Of a stretch of 64,000 nucleotides of DNA, positions 41,453 through 52,229 are shown piece by piece. The notes under the pieces were generated by a model. It worked only from the letters and a program-made list of their open reading frames with translations, did no database searches and was not told where the DNA came from. The stretch is from positions 910 through 64,909 of the forward strand of contig JBLHPB010000002.1 of the NCBI GenBank assembly GCA_047624025.1. Reading direction: 5' to 3'. The stretch's first letter is position 1. Every line of letters starts with the position of its first letter. Source of the stretch: Zhongshania sp. (GTDB lineage Bacteria; Pseudomonadota; Gammaproteobacteria; Pseudomonadales; Spongiibacteraceae). The translations under genes and the position numbers were made by a program.

Positions 41453-42598
41453 ATGAGCAAAAGCAAAACACCGCCAGTCGATCTGAATACCCTGCGTCAG
41501 TCTATCGACAGCATCGATAGCCAGATTCACGACTTGCTGAACAAGCGCGCCCGTTGCGCCCAGCAAGTTGCCGAGGTCAAACTTGCTGAGTTTGCTGCCG
41601 CCCAGCAGTTTGAGGCCAATGCCGATAGCAGCAGCTCACAGCAATTGTTATTTTACCGGCCTGAGCGCGAAGCCCAAGTTTTGGCGCGCGTTAAAGCGGC
41701 AAATAAAGGCCCGCTAGCTGACGATACCGTCGCGTTTATTTTTCGTGAGATTATGTCTGCGTGCCTGGCTTTAGAAAAGCCGATGGAAGTGGCGTATCTC
41801 GGCCCTGGAGGCACCTTTACTCAAGCGGCAGCGCTAAAGCATTTTGGCCACGCAGTGGTCAGTGTGCCTCAGGCCTCAATTGATGGTGTGTTTGCTAAGG
41901 TCGAGTCTGGTCAGTGTCACTATGGCGTGGTGCCGGTAGAAAATTCTACCGAGGGTATGGTTTCTCATACTCTGGATGCCTTTATTAATTCACCTCTGAA
42001 AATTTGTGGTGAAGTGGAATTGCGAATTCGCCTGCATTTATTGGTGGGTGAGCAAACTGCGGGCAAGGAAGTGAAACGCATTTGTGCCCACCAGCAGGCT
42101 TTAGCGCAGAGTCGCCGCTGGTTGGATGCCAATTTCCCCGGCGTGGAACGTTCTGCGGTGAGTAGCAATGGTGAAGCGGCGCGCATGGCTGCCGAGGACG
42201 AGGGCGTTGCTGCCATTGCCGGTGATTTGGCCCAGCAGCAATACAAGCTGCAGCAATTGGCGGGTAATATCGAAGATCAGCCAGATAATACCACGCGGTT
42301 TTTCATCATTGGTCGCGAAAATGTCGCGCCCAGTGGCCGTGATAAAACTTCTTTGGTAGTGTCAGCGCGCAATCGCCCCGGCGCCTTGTTCAAGCTGCTC
42401 GAACCTTTCCAGCTGGAAGATGTGATGTTGACCCGCATCGATACCCGTCCGTCGCGCACCGAGACCTGGACCTACCTCTTTTTTATCGAGTGTGAAGGTC
42501 ATCAAACGGATCCGAAAATTGTCAAAATTTTAGAAACAATTGAACAGCATTCCATTATGTTTAAAGTCCTGGGCTCCTATCCCAAGGCCGCTATTTAA
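41453..42598 (+). CDS. pheA: Chorismate mutase / prephenate dehydratase (P-protein)
   Basis: LR..ID.ID, YRPERE, PVENSTEG, NTTRF, ACT domain. Confidence 0.96.
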   Translation: MSKSKTPPVDLNTLRQSIDSIDSQIHDLLNKRARCAQQVAEVKLAEFAAAQQFEANADSSSSQQLLFYRPEREAQVLARVKAANKGPLADDTVAFIFREIMSACLALEKPMEVAYLGPGGTFTQAAALKHFGHAVVSVPQASIDGVFAKVESGQCHYGVVPVENSTEGMVSHTLDAFINSPLKICGEVELRIRLHLLVGEQTAGKEVKRICAHQQALAQSRRWLDANFPGVERSAVSSNGEAARMAAEDEGVAAIAGDLAQQQYKLQQLAGNIEDQPDNTTRFFIIGRENVAPSGRDKTSLVVSARNRPGALFKLLEPFQLEDVMLTRIDTRPSRTETWTYLFFIECEGHQTDPKIVKILETIEQHSIMFKVLGSYPKAAI

Positions 42599-42631
42599 TA
42601 TGTCTTTTCTCGCACAGGTAGGTGAATAACG

Positions 42632-43735
42632 GTGAGTTGTGATGCATTTTCGTTGGCCAATGCTGGCGTGCGCGGTTTACAGCCTTATCAGCCGGGTAAG
42701 CCGATTGAAGAGTTGCAGCGCGAGTTGGGTCTGAGTGATATCGTCAAGTTGGCGAGTAATGAAAACCCGCTGGGACCCTCACCTCTGGCCTTAGCCGCCG
42801 CCGAAAAAGCCTTGCAGGATTTACATTTGTATCCCGATGCCAGCGGCTTTGAGTTGAAGAAAAAACTGGCGGCGAAACTTGCCGTTAAAGAGCATCAATT
42901 TACGCTGGGCAATGGCTCAAATGATGTGCTCGATTTAATTGCCCGCACCTTTCTCGGCCCCGGCTGCTCCGCGGTATTCTCTCAGCACGCTTTTATTGTT
43001 TATCCCATTGCTGTGCAGGCGGTGGGTGCCCGCGCGATTGTGACGCCAGCTAAAGATTGGGGTCATGATCTCGACGCCATGGCAGCGGCTATTGAAGAGG
43101 ATACTGGGGTGGTGTTTATCGCCAACCCAAATAATCCCACCGGCAATTATTTAAACCGCACCAGCATGGACGCTTTTTTGGCTAAGGTGCCAGACCGTGT
43201 GATGGTGGTTCTTGATGAGGCCTATGTCGAGTTCGCGGGCGCTGCTGATTTTCCTGACGGGCTGACGTACCTCAAAAAATACCCTAATGTGATTGTGACC
43301 CGCACCTTTTCCAAGGCCTATGGTTTGGCCGGTTTACGTGTTGGTTATGGCGTGAGTAGTTTGGCGGTGGCTGATTTACTGAACCGAGTCCGCGCGCCCT
43401 TTAATGTCAGTATGCCGGCGCTGGCCGCGGCGGTGGCGGTACTCGACGACGAAGATTATTTACAGCAAAGCCAGCAAGTCAATCGCGATGGTATGGTGCA
43501 AATCTGTGTGGGATTAACTGAGCTGAGCTTGGAGTTTATTCCTTCATTAGGGAATTTTATCGCCTTTGAATTACCGAGCGATGCCATGCCGGTGTATCAG
43601 GCTTTGTTGCGCGAGGGCGTGATTGTACGTCCGGTTGGTGTATACCAAATGCCTAATCATTTGCGGGTGTCTATTGGTTTGGCCGAGGAAAATAGCCGTT
43701 TCTTGGTGGCTCTAAAAAAGGTGCTCAGTGTCTAG
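42632..43735 (+). CDS. hisC: Histidinol-phosphate aminotransferase
   Basis: KLASNENP, NPNNPTG, DEAY, RTFSKAYGLAGLRVG. Confidence 0.95.
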   Translation: MSCDAFSLANAGVRGLQPYQPGKPIEELQRELGLSDIVKLASNENPLGPSPLALAAAEKALQDLHLYPDASGFELKKKLAAKLAVKEHQFTLGNGSNDVLDLIARTFLGPGCSAVFSQHAFIVYPIAVQAVGARAIVTPAKDWGHDLDAMAAAIEEDTGVVFIANPNNPTGNYLNRTSMDAFLAKVPDRVMVVLDEAYVEFAGAADFPDGLTYLKKYPNVIVTRTFSKAYGLAGLRVGYGVSSLAVADLLNRVRAPFNVSMPALAAAVAVLDDEDYLQQSQQVNRDGMVQICVGLTELSLEFIPSLGNFIAFELPSDAMPVYQALLREGVIVRPVGVYQMPNHLRVSIGLAEENSRFLVALKKVLSV

Positions 43736-44636
43736 TTTTGCCATTAATAAACTTACCATCATCGGCCTAGGCCTGATGGGTGGCTCGCTAGCCAAGGCCT
43801 TGAAAGCTAAGGGGCTGGTGGGCGAGGTCGTGGCAACAGGGCGGCGTGCGCCGTCTTTAGAAAAGGGTTTGCAGTTAGGAGTGATCGATTCCTATACCCT
43901 GGACTTAGCCGAGGCAGTGGCCGGTGCTGATGTTATCGTCATTGCCACTCCGACCTTAATTGCCGAACAAGTCATGGCGGATTTGGCGCCACTGTTAACA
44001 GATAAGATGGTGGTCACTGACGTAGCCAGTGTGAAGGGTAATATTCGCGATGCGGCAGCGCGAATATTTGGCGAAGTGCCATCTAATTTCGTATTGGGCC
44101 ATCCCATTGCCGGCTCAGAGCAAAGCGGTGTTGAAGCGGCGATGGCGGATTTGTTTGTCGATCATCGGGTGATATTGACGCCGCTGGCCAATACCTCGTC
44201 AATAGCCCTTAGTTTGATTCAGCAAATGTGGGAAGCCAGTGGTGCCGAAGTGGTGTGCATGGACGTGGCCGAGCACGATGCAGTATTGGCAGCAACCAGT
44301 CATTTACCCCATGTTTTGGCCTATACCTTGGTAGATGCTTTGGCGCAGAACGGCGCAGCGGCGGATATATTTCGTTTTGCTGCTGGCGGTTTTCGTGATT
44401 TTACCCGCATTGCCTCCAGTGACCCGACCATGTGGCACGATATTGCGCTGGCCAATCGCGAAGCGATATTGCAGGGTATTGATAATTTCAGTGCCCATCT
44501 CGCCACCGTGCGCAAAGCTATTGAAAGTGGCGACGGCGATACTTTGTTGACGACTTTTGATCGCGCTAAACAAGCTCGTGACGAACATTTTTTAGGCCAG
44601 TATCTGGCGCGCAAAAAAACGCCACCGGCGTCTTAA
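43728..44636 (+). CDS. tyrA: Prephenate/cyclohexadienyl dehydrogenase
   Basis: GLGLMGGS, DVASVK, HPIAGSE, SHLPH, GGFRDFTRIA. Confidence 0.93.
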   Translation: MSSFAINKLTIIGLGLMGGSLAKALKAKGLVGEVVATGRRAPSLEKGLQLGVIDSYTLDLAEAVAGADVIVIATPTLIAEQVMADLAPLLTDKMVVTDVASVKGNIRDAAARIFGEVPSNFVLGHPIAGSEQSGVEAAMADLFVDHRVILTPLANTSSIALSLIQQMWEASGAEVVCMDVAEHDAVLAATSHLPHVLAYTLVDALAQNGAAADIFRFAAGGFRDFTRIASSDPTMWHDIALANREAILQGIDNFSAHLATVRKAIESGDGDTLLTTFDRAKQARDEHFLGQYLARKKTPPAS

Positions 44637-44660
44637 ATTACTTTTTAAAGAGACTATATT

Positions 44661-45977
44661 GTGGAATTCCTATTGCAGCCCGGTGGCCAAATGCGCGGCA
44701 GCGCACGTGTACCCGGCGACAAATCCATTTCGCATCGCTCGATTATGCTCGGTGCCATCGCCGACGGCGTGACCACAGTTGATGGTTTTCTAGAAGGCGA
44801 AGATGCGCTGTCTACCTTAAACGCGTTTCGCGCTATGGGTGTGAAAATTGACGGCCCGGAAAATGGCCGAGTGGTGATTCACGGTGTTGGTCGCGATGGT
44901 TTGCAGGCACCGGCCGGTGATTTATATGTAGGCAATTCTGGCACCTCAATGCGTTTGTTGGCGGGCTTGCTGGCAGGTCAAAAATTTGACGTCATCATGA
45001 CCGGCGACGTGTCTTTAAGTAAGCGCCCGATGGAGCGGGTGGCTTCGCCATTGCGGACCATGGGCGCGGTAGTGGAAACCGCCGAAGGTGGGCGTCCGCC
45101 ACTGACTCTTCGCGGTGGTCAAACTCTCCAAGGCATTGATTATATCTTGCCCATGGCCAGCGCTCAGGTGAAATCCTGTGTGCTTTTAGCCGGTTTATAC
45201 GCTGACGGCCAAACCCGAACCACAGAACCTGCACCGACTCGCGATCACAGCGAACGGATGCTGCGTGGCTTTGGTTATGACGTAAAAGTGGATGGACCAG
45301 TCGCTAGTTTGCAGGGCGGCGGGCGTTTGTCTGCAGTGCATATCGATGTGCCGGCGGATATCTCTTCAGCGGCATTCTTTATGGTGGCGGCAAGTATTAC
45401 TCCGAATGCTGATCTAACCCTTGAGCACGTCGGTATCAACCCCACTCGTATTGGCGTGATTAATATTCTTCGCGCTATGGGCGGCGACATCACGGTATTG
45501 AATGAACGTGAAATCGGTGGCGAGCCGGTGGCTGATATCCGTATCCGCCATGCTCAGTTAAAGGGTATCGATATCCCTGAAGATCAGGTGCCACTGGCGA
45601 TTGATGAGTTTCCGGTGTTGTTTGTGGCCGCCGCCTGCGCCAAGGGCAGAACCGTATTAACTGGCGCAGAGGAATTACGAGTCAAAGAGAGCGATCGTAT
45701 TCAAGTCATGGCTGACGGCTTGCAGTCCATGGGGATATTCGCAACACCAACAGAAGATGGCATTATTATTGAAGGTGGTCAGATTGCCGGTGGCACGGTT
45801 AATAGTCATCATGATCATCGTATCGCCATGTCTTTTGCGGTGGCCTCTTTGCGCGCTACTGAAGCCATCCGGATTCAAGATTGCGATAATGTCGCCACCT
45901 CATTCCCCAACTTTGTGGAATTGGCCTCAGGCTTGGGTATGCAAATTGAACAAATAAACGCTGGACCGCACTCATGA
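44661..45977 (+). CDS. aroA: EPSP synthase (class II)
   Basis: [40 protein letters not shown]. Confidence 0.97.
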   Translation: MEFLLQPGGQMRGSARVPGDKSISHRSIMLGAIADGVTTVDGFLEGEDALSTLNAFRAMGVKIDGPENGRVVIHGVGRDGLQAPAGDLYVGNSGTSMRLLAGLLAGQKFDVIMTGDVSLSKRPMERVASPLRTMGAVVETAEGGRPPLTLRGGQTLQGIDYILPMASAQVKSCVLLAGLYADGQTRTTEPAPTRDHSERMLRGFGYDVKVDGPVASLQGGGRLSAVHIDVPADISSAAFFMVAASITPNADLTLEHVGINPTRIGVINILRAMGGDITVLNEREIGGEPVADIRIRHAQLKGIDIPEDQVPLAIDEFPVLFVAAACAKGRTVLTGAEELRVKESDRIQVMADGLQSMGIFATPTEDGIIIEGGQIAGGTVNSHHDHRIAMSFAVASLRATEAIRIQDCDNVATSFPNFVELASGLGMQIEQINAGPHS

Positions 45978-46660
45978 GTCATTCACTGATTTCTGTTATC
46001 GCCATTGATGGCCCCAGTGGTTCTGGTAAAGGCACGCTATGCCAAACTTTGGCGCGGCATTTTGGCTGGCACTTATTGGATAGCGGCGCTTTATATCGTT
46101 TGGTGGGTATGGCGGCAGATCGTCACAATGTTGCCTTGGATGATGAGGCTGCTGTCGCTGAGTTGGCGAAAAATCTCAATGTGCAGTTTGTGCCAGGTGC
46201 AGTGGGAGAGCCGACCCTAGTATTGCTGGAAGGTGATGATGTCAGCGGCGACTTACGTACTGAAAAGACCGGCTTGCTGGCATCAAAAGTCGCCGTATTG
46301 GGTGCGGTGCGCAGTGCTTTATTGCAACGCCAGCGTGATTTCGCTCAGGCGCCAGGCTTGGTTGCCGACGGTCGTGATATGGGAACTGTGGTATTTCCTG
46401 ACGCGCCCCTAAAAATATTTTTGACCGCTAGCGCCCAAGAGCGAGCCGAGCGGCGCTATAAGCAGTTGAGATCAAAGGGCGATGATGTTAACATCGCGAC
46501 CCTTTTAGAGGAGATTCAGGCTCGAGACAAGCGTGATTCCGAGCGCGCACTGGCTCCTTTAAAGCCCGCAGCCGATGCAATACAGATAGATAGCAGCGGT
46601 GTGGGGATAGCAGAAGTGTTTCAACGGGTGTTGGCGGAAGCCAAGATTCGACTCGTCTAA
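45974..46660 (+). CDS. cmk: Cytidylate kinase
   Basis: [29 protein letters not shown]. Confidence 0.97.
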   Translation: MSHSLISVIAIDGPSGSGKGTLCQTLARHFGWHLLDSGALYRLVGMAADRHNVALDDEAAVAELAKNLNVQFVPGAVGEPTLVLLEGDDVSGDLRTEKTGLLASKVAVLGAVRSALLQRQRDFAQAPGLVADGRDMGTVVFPDAPLKIFLTASAQERAERRYKQLRSKGDDVNIATLLEEIQARDKRDSERALAPLKPAADAIQIDSSGVGIAEVFQRVLAEAKIRLV

Positions 46661-46800
46661 TCGCAAGATTGGGCAAAAAACCGTCACAGACAGCGCAAAT
46701 ACCAGCTGGCGTTGTTTTGGGACAATATGAATTGACCCGTGTAAGCTGGATATGCGGCGATACGGTGGCGATGCCACTATTAATACTCAGGTAATGACTA

Positions 46801-48483
46801 ATGAGCGAGAGCTTTGCTGAACTATTTGAAGAAAGTTTAAAAACCATTGATATGAAACCCGGTTCAATCGTAACCGGCGTTGTTATCGATATCGACAGTG
46901 ATTGGGTTACTGTTCACGCTGGACTGAAGTCAGAGGGTGTTATTCCTCGCGAGCAGTTCCTGAACGAGAGCGGTGAACTGAATCTGGCTATCGGTGACGA
47001 AGTTCAGGTTGCTCTGGAGTCGGTAGAAGACGGCTTCGGTGAGACCAAGCTGTCACGTGAGAAAGCTAAGCGCGCTGAAGCGTGGACCACTCTTGAAGCG
47101 GCTTATGAAGCTGAAGAAACAGTTGTCGGTATCATTAACGGCAAGGTTAAAGGTGGTTTTACTGTTGACATCAACAGTATCCGTGCCTTCCTGCCCGGTT
47201 CACTGGTTGACGTTCGTCCGGTTCGCGATACTGCGCACCTGGAAGGCAAAGAGCTCGAATTCAAGGTCATTAAACTGGACCAGAAACGCAACAACGTTGT
47301 GGTTTCTCGTCGCGCCGTTCTTGAGAGCGTAAACAGCGAAGAGCGCGAAGCGCTGCTGGAATCTCTGCAAGAAGGTATGGTTGTTAAAGGTATCGTTAAG
47401 AACCTGACCGACTACGGTGCTTTCGTAGATTTGGGCGGTATTGACGGTCTGTTGCACATCACTGACATGGCTTGGAAGCGTATTAAGCACCCAAGCGAAA
47501 TTGTTAATGTTGGCGACGAAATTGATGTCCGTATCCTCAAGTTCGACCGTGAGCGCAACCGCGTATCATTAGGTCTGAAGCAGCTTGGCGAAGATCCATG
47601 GGTGGCTATCAAAGCCCGTTACCCAGAAAACTCACGCGTTAAAGCCAAGGTTACTAACCTGACCGACTACGGCTGTTTCGCTGAGATTGAAGAAGGTGTT
47701 GAAGGTCTGGTTCACGTTTCAGAAATGGATTGGACTAACAAAAACATTCACCCTTCTAAAGTTGTGAATGTTGGCGACGAAGTTGAAGTGATGATCTTGG
47801 ATATCGACGAAGAGCGTCGTCGTATTTCTCTGGGTATCAAGCAGTGCCAGCAGAACCCTTGGGATGCTTTCGGTGGCCAGTTCACCAAAGGCGACAAGAT
47901 CAAGGGCGCGATCAAGTCTATTACTGACTTCGGTATCTTTATCGGTCTGGATGGCAACATCGACGGTCTGGTTCACTTGTCCGATATCTCTTGGAACGAA
48001 ACTGGCGAAGAAGCCGTGCGTAAGTTCAAGAAAGGCGACGAGATTGAGACTGTGATTCTGTCTATCGATCCTGAGCGCGAGCGTATTTCGCTGGGCATCA
48101 AGCAGCTGGAAGACGATCCGTTCTCTAACTACGTTGCTGAAAATGACAAAGGCGCTATTGTTAATGGCGTTGTTAAAGAAGTTGACGCTAAAGCGGCTAT
48201 CATCGTGTTGAGCGAAGAAGTGGAAGGCGTGTTAAAAGCGTCTGAAATTAGCCGTGATAAAGTCGAAGATGCGCGCAATGTGTTGAAAGTGGGCGAGACT
48301 GTTGAAGTTAAAATCATCAGTGTAGACCGCAAAAACCGCGCGATGACCTTGTCTATTAAAGCCAAGGACGTTGACGATGAGAAAGAAGCTGTGAAGTCAC
48401 AGCGTGATAAAGAAGTCGAGACTGCTGCTCCGGCAACAACGATCGGCGACTTGATCAAAGCTCAGATGGAAAATAAGGACTAA
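46801..48483 (+). CDS. rpsA: 30S ribosomal protein S1
   Basis: [12 protein letters not shown], repeated S1 domains, strong codon bias. Confidence 0.99.
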   Translation: MSESFAELFEESLKTIDMKPGSIVTGVVIDIDSDWVTVHAGLKSEGVIPREQFLNESGELNLAIGDEVQVALESVEDGFGETKLSREKAKRAEAWTTLEAAYEAEETVVGIINGKVKGGFTVDINSIRAFLPGSLVDVRPVRDTAHLEGKELEFKVIKLDQKRNNVVVSRRAVLESVNSEEREALLESLQEGMVVKGIVKNLTDYGAFVDLGGIDGLLHITDMAWKRIKHPSEIVNVGDEIDVRILKFDRERNRVSLGLKQLGEDPWVAIKARYPENSRVKAKVTNLTDYGCFAEIEEGVEGLVHVSEMDWTNKNIHPSKVVNVGDEVEVMILDIDEERRRISLGIKQCQQNPWDAFGGQFTKGDKIKGAIKSITDFGIFIGLDGNIDGLVHLSDISWNETGEEAVRKFKKGDEIETVILSIDPERERISLGIKQLEDDPFSNYVAENDKGAIVNGVVKEVDAKAAIIVLSEEVEGVLKASEISRDKVEDARNVLKVGETVEVKIISVDRKNRAMTLSIKAKDVDDEKEAVKSQRDKEVETAAPATTIGDLIKAQMENKD

Positions 48484-48493
48484 GGTCTACGTG

Positions 48494-48521
48494 ACGCGCA
48501 CTTATTTTGATAAGTGCGCGT
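48494..48521 (+). terminator. Hairpin after rpsA
   Basis: ACGCGCACTTAT-TTTG-ATAAGTGCGCGT 12-bp stem. Confidence 0.6.
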
Positions 48522-48589
48522 AACTATCTGGCTTATATGCAAAAAAATGCTAAGCTAGGCTTGAATGTTGGCAACAACGGGAACAAGCA

Positions 48590-48886
48590 ATGACAAAATC
48601 CGAACTGATAGAGCTGATCGCTGAGCGTCAACTGCAGTTGTCCCATAAGGACATTGAACTTGCGGTGAAGACTATGATTGAGCATATGTCTCAGATCTTG
48701 TCGACGGGTGATCGCATTGAAATTCGGGGCTTTGGTAGTTTCTCTCTGCATTACCGCGAACCGCGGATGGGGCGTAACCCCAAAACCGGTGATACGGTTG
48801 AGTTGCCGGGGAAATATGTTCCCCATTTCAAACCTGGTAAAGAGCTGCGTGAACGGGTGAATCTTAGTATTCAGTCGAGGGTTTAG
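48590..48886 (+). CDS. ihfB: Integration host factor beta
   Basis: [36 protein letters not shown]. Confidence 0.98.
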   Translation: MTKSELIELIAERQLQLSHKDIELAVKTMIEHMSQILSTGDRIEIRGFGSFSLHYREPRMGRNPKTGDTVELPGKYVPHFKPGKELRERVNLSIQSRV

Positions 48887-48967
48887 GCTCTTAAGCGCTA
48901 GCCTTATTTTTTAAGAAACGGTATGGTCATTGGCCATATCGTTTTTTTTTGCGTGGATGGTTGGTTG

Positions 48968-49243
48968 ATGCGTTTAATTCGCTTTATTTTAATAAGTTTA
49001 CTGTTGTTGGCGGTTCTCGGTCTGGGCCTATTGTTTACACTCGAAAACGACGCGCTGGTGCCCCTCAATATTTTGGTGGTGGACCTGCCTGAACAACGCT
49101 TGTCTACCTGGATAATCTTGGCGTTCTTTTCGGGTGGCATCACTGGTTTGCTGACATCTACTTTGGTGATTCTGCGACTGCAAGCGTCGCGCTTGGGGCT
49201 GCGTCGCCAGTTGTCTTCGAGTCAGGGCAAGGTAGCACCCTGA
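48968..49243 (+). CDS. lapA: LPS assembly protein A
   Basis: Two TM segments, F...N...V; position between ihfB and lapB. Confidence 0.82.
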   Translation: MRLIRFILISLLLLAVLGLGLLFTLENDALVPLNILVVDLPEQRLSTWIILAFFSGGITGLLTSTLVILRLQASRLGLRRQLSSSQGKVAP

Positions 49244-49269
49244 AAGTGCAGCGTGGATGGCTTATTTGA

Positions 49270-50466
49270 ATGGCCAGTGAGTTTGGGTATTTTATATTAT
49301 TAGTCGCAGCGGTGTTTGTTGGCTGGCTGATGGGCTATTGGTATTGGCCCCGTACTGTGTCTAAGTCAGCGGATAGTAGCGCGCCGTATTACAAGGGGCT
49401 GAATTATCTGCTCAGCGAGCAGGCCGATGCAGCGGTGCTTACCGTAGTGAATGAGCTGCCAGTCAATGTCGACACTCTTCCTACCCATCTTGCCTTGGGT
49501 AATCTGCTGCGCAGTAAGGGCGAAGTGGATGGGGCTATTCGCATCCATCAAAATCTGTTGTCTCGGCCGAGCTTATCTCGGGAAAAACTCTATCAAGTCC
49601 ATCTTGAATTGGCCCGTGATTATATTTCTGCGGGCGTGTTTGATCGTGCTGAACGCTTGTTGCGCGATGTGGCCGATGAGTCCCAACCCTATCGCGCCGA
49701 AGCACTTGAGCATTTGCAGCATATTTACCAGAGTGAGCGGGAGTGGGGGCAGGCAATAGCGGTCGCCCAAAAGCGCTTAACTCGGAAGAGTTGGTTGAAA
49801 AAAACTGCGCCGCTAAGCCCGTCTGAAAAGTGGGTGGAGCGGGCGCTTAGCCACTATTACTGCGAACAGGCGCTGCTTGAGCTTGATGATCACAATATAA
49901 AAGGGGCAAGCAAGTCCCTGCAAAGTGCTTTACATCATGATAAGGACAATGTTCGCGCTTATTTACTGTCGGCTAATTTGGCAATGAGTCAGCAGCGACC
50001 TCAGCTGGCTCTAGAATTACTGCATTCGCTAATTGATCGTCAGCCCGTATTTGTGTCGGAAGTGCTGCCGAAAATTCGCGAAGCTTTTGTTGAATTTGGT
50101 GGTGCTGATGCGTATTTAGATGCGCTTAAGCGCATAGCTAATAGCGTCGAGAGTAGTGCTGTTGCCATCGAAATCGCCGACGTATTAACGCGCTCTGGTG
50201 ATGCCGAAGCTGGGTTGCAGTATTTGCTGGATTTTGGCGCAAACGGGCCGACTTTGAAATTGGTTTTCGCGGTGTTGGAGCGCGGCCAAAGTGATGGCGA
50301 CAAGGGCTTGGATTTGACCCTAAAATTTATAAGGGAATTGCGGGCAGAGCGCCCTCAATATCGTTGTCGTCAGTGCGGTTTTTCGGGTCGAAAGTTACAC
50401 TGGCTGTGTCCCAGTTGCGAACAGTGGGGTACCATAACGCCCATTCGTGGCATCCAAGGTGATTGA
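49270..50466 (+). CDS. lapB: LPS assembly protein B
   Basis: [16 protein letters not shown]...AIRIHQNL, TPRs, C-terminal CxxC...CxxC rubredoxin. Confidence 0.93.
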   Translation: MASEFGYFILLVAAVFVGWLMGYWYWPRTVSKSADSSAPYYKGLNYLLSEQADAAVLTVVNELPVNVDTLPTHLALGNLLRSKGEVDGAIRIHQNLLSRPSLSREKLYQVHLELARDYISAGVFDRAERLLRDVADESQPYRAEALEHLQHIYQSEREWGQAIAVAQKRLTRKSWLKKTAPLSPSEKWVERALSHYYCEQALLELDDHNIKGASKSLQSALHHDKDNVRAYLLSANLAMSQQRPQLALELLHSLIDRQPVFVSEVLPKIREAFVEFGGADAYLDALKRIANSVESSAVAIEIADVLTRSGDAEAGLQYLLDFGANGPTLKLVFAVLERGQSDGDKGLDLTLKFIRELRAERPQYRCRQCGFSGRKLHWLCPSCEQWGTITPIRGIQGD

Positions 50467-50474
50467 TCCAGACT

Positions 50475-51185
50475 ATGACTCCAAAATCCCCAATTTCTCC
50501 GCTTATTGTTGCTTTGGATTTTGCCAAACGCGCTGATTTAGAAGTTATGCTGGATCAGCTTGATCCTAGCCAGTGCCGTCTGAAAATAGGCAAAGAACTG
50601 TTTACATTGTATGGTCCTGAAATTGTAAAAATGGTGCAAGGCCAAGGCTTTGAGGTTTTTCTCGATTTAAAATTTCACGATATTCCCAATACCACTGCGG
50701 CCGCCGTTGCCGCTGCCGCGGAATTAGGGGTATGGATGATCAATGTGCATGCCTCCGGCGGTGCTAAAATGATGAGCGCCGCCAAACAGGCTTTGTTACC
50801 CTACGGCAAGGACGCACCTTTATTGATTGGAGTGACTGTGCTCACGTCCATGCACAGCAGTGAATTAGCCACAGTGGGTGTGGCCGACGATGCGCCGACC
50901 CAGGTAAAGCGTCTGGCCGCTTTGAGTGCGGATTGCGGTCTGGACGGCGTTGTCTGTTCAGCTCAGGAAACACCTGTTTTACGCACACATTGTCCTGATG
51001 GTTTTTTATTGGTGACGCCAGGGATTCGACCAAGCGGTAGCGATTTGGGTGATCAGCAGCGGGTGGCCACACCCGCAGAGGCTATGGCCATGGGCAGTAA
51101 TTTTTTGGTGGTAGGCCGACCTATTACCCGCAGCAGTGATCCTCTCGCCACGCTACTCAGTATTAATCGCTCGCTGGGGTTTTAA
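50475..51185 (+). CDS. pyrF: Orotidine 5'-phosphate decarboxylase
   Basis: [26 protein letters not shown]. Confidence 0.97.
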   Translation: MTPKSPISPLIVALDFAKRADLEVMLDQLDPSQCRLKIGKELFTLYGPEIVKMVQGQGFEVFLDLKFHDIPNTTAAAVAAAAELGVWMINVHASGGAKMMSAAKQALLPYGKDAPLLIGVTVLTSMHSSELATVGVADDAPTQVKRLAALSADCGLDGVVCSAQETPVLRTHCPDGFLLVTPGIRPSGSDLGDQQRVATPAEAMAMGSNFLVVGRPITRSSDPLATLLSINRSLGF

Positions 51186-51255
51186 TTCACGCCGAATTTT
51201 AACAAACAATTCTGATTTTCTGGTGCTTGGCAAAAATTTATATTAAGGGAGCAAG

Positions 51256-52227
51256 ATGGCATTTATTGATGTTTTTAATGGCGATGCCGATGGCTTGTGT
51301 GCACTGGTGCAGCTGCGCAACGCTCAGCCTGAAGAGAGTACCTTGGTTACTGGGGTCAAGCGCGATATTTCTCTGCTGGACAGGGTGAGCGCCCAATCCG
51401 GCGATCAAATTACTGTCCTGGATGTATCGCTAGATAAAAATCGCGAGGGCTTGGCTGCAGTATTGCAAGCAGGTGCTGAGGTCGTGTATGTGGATCATCA
51501 TTTTGCCGGTGAAATCCCCGAGCATGTGGCCTTAAAAACCCATATCAATCTCGCTGCGGACGTCTGCACCAGCTTGCTCGTCAATGGGATTTTAAAAGGC
51601 CAGTTTGCGGAATGGGCAGTGGTGGGTGCTTTTGGCGATAATTTAAGCGACAGTGCTCGGGCTGTTGCTAAACCTTTGGGCTTATCTGAATCCGAATTAC
51701 AGCAACTGGAAAATCTCGGTATCTACCTAAATTACAATGGCTATGGCGCGAGTTTAGAGGATTTACATTTTGATCCCGCTGAGCTTTACCGGCATTTAGT
51801 GCAATTTGCCAGCCCTCGAGACTTTATCATTAATGCCGCAGACACCTTTGTAAAATTAGAGACCGGCTATCACAACGATATGCATGCTGCAGCGCAGTTG
51901 CCAGCGCTAAGCAGTGATGATTCAGCAGCGGTATTTATGTTGCCGAATGAACGTTGGGCGCGTCGGGTCAGTGGTGTCTACAGCAACGACTTGGCCAATG
52001 ATAATCCGGATAGAGCCCATGCCGTGTTGACTGAAAAGAGCAACGGGAATTATCTAGTGAGTATTCGCGCGCCCTTAAATAATAAGCGTGGTGCGGATGA
52101 ATTTTGCCGCCAATTCCCCACTGGCGGTGGCCGAGCTGCTGCTGCGGGGATTAATGACTTAACACGCAGCAGCCTCGATACGTTTACCCGAAGTTTCCAA
52201 GAGTTTTACCGGAGTCTGGCAAACTAA
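51256..52227 (+). CDS. DHH family phosphoesterase
   Basis: NGDADG, YVDHH, C-terminal GGGRAAAAG (DHHA1-like). Confidence 0.85.
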   Translation: MAFIDVFNGDADGLCALVQLRNAQPEESTLVTGVKRDISLLDRVSAQSGDQITVLDVSLDKNREGLAAVLQAGAEVVYVDHHFAGEIPEHVALKTHINLAADVCTSLLVNGILKGQFAEWAVVGAFGDNLSDSARAVAKPLGLSESELQQLENLGIYLNYNGYGASLEDLHFDPAELYRHLVQFASPRDFIINAADTFVKLETGYHNDMHAAAQLPALSSDDSAAVFMLPNERWARRVSGVYSNDLANDNPDRAHAVLTEKSNGNYLVSIRAPLNNKRGADEFCRQFPTGGGRAAAAGINDLTRSSLDTFTRSFQEFYRSLAN

Positions 52228-52229
52228 TT

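Noticed and set aside
46801-48483. Internal repeats in rpsA (e.g. AACCTGACCGACTACGG twice)
   Set aside because: Explained by the repeated S1 domains; not CRISPR or a mobile repeat.
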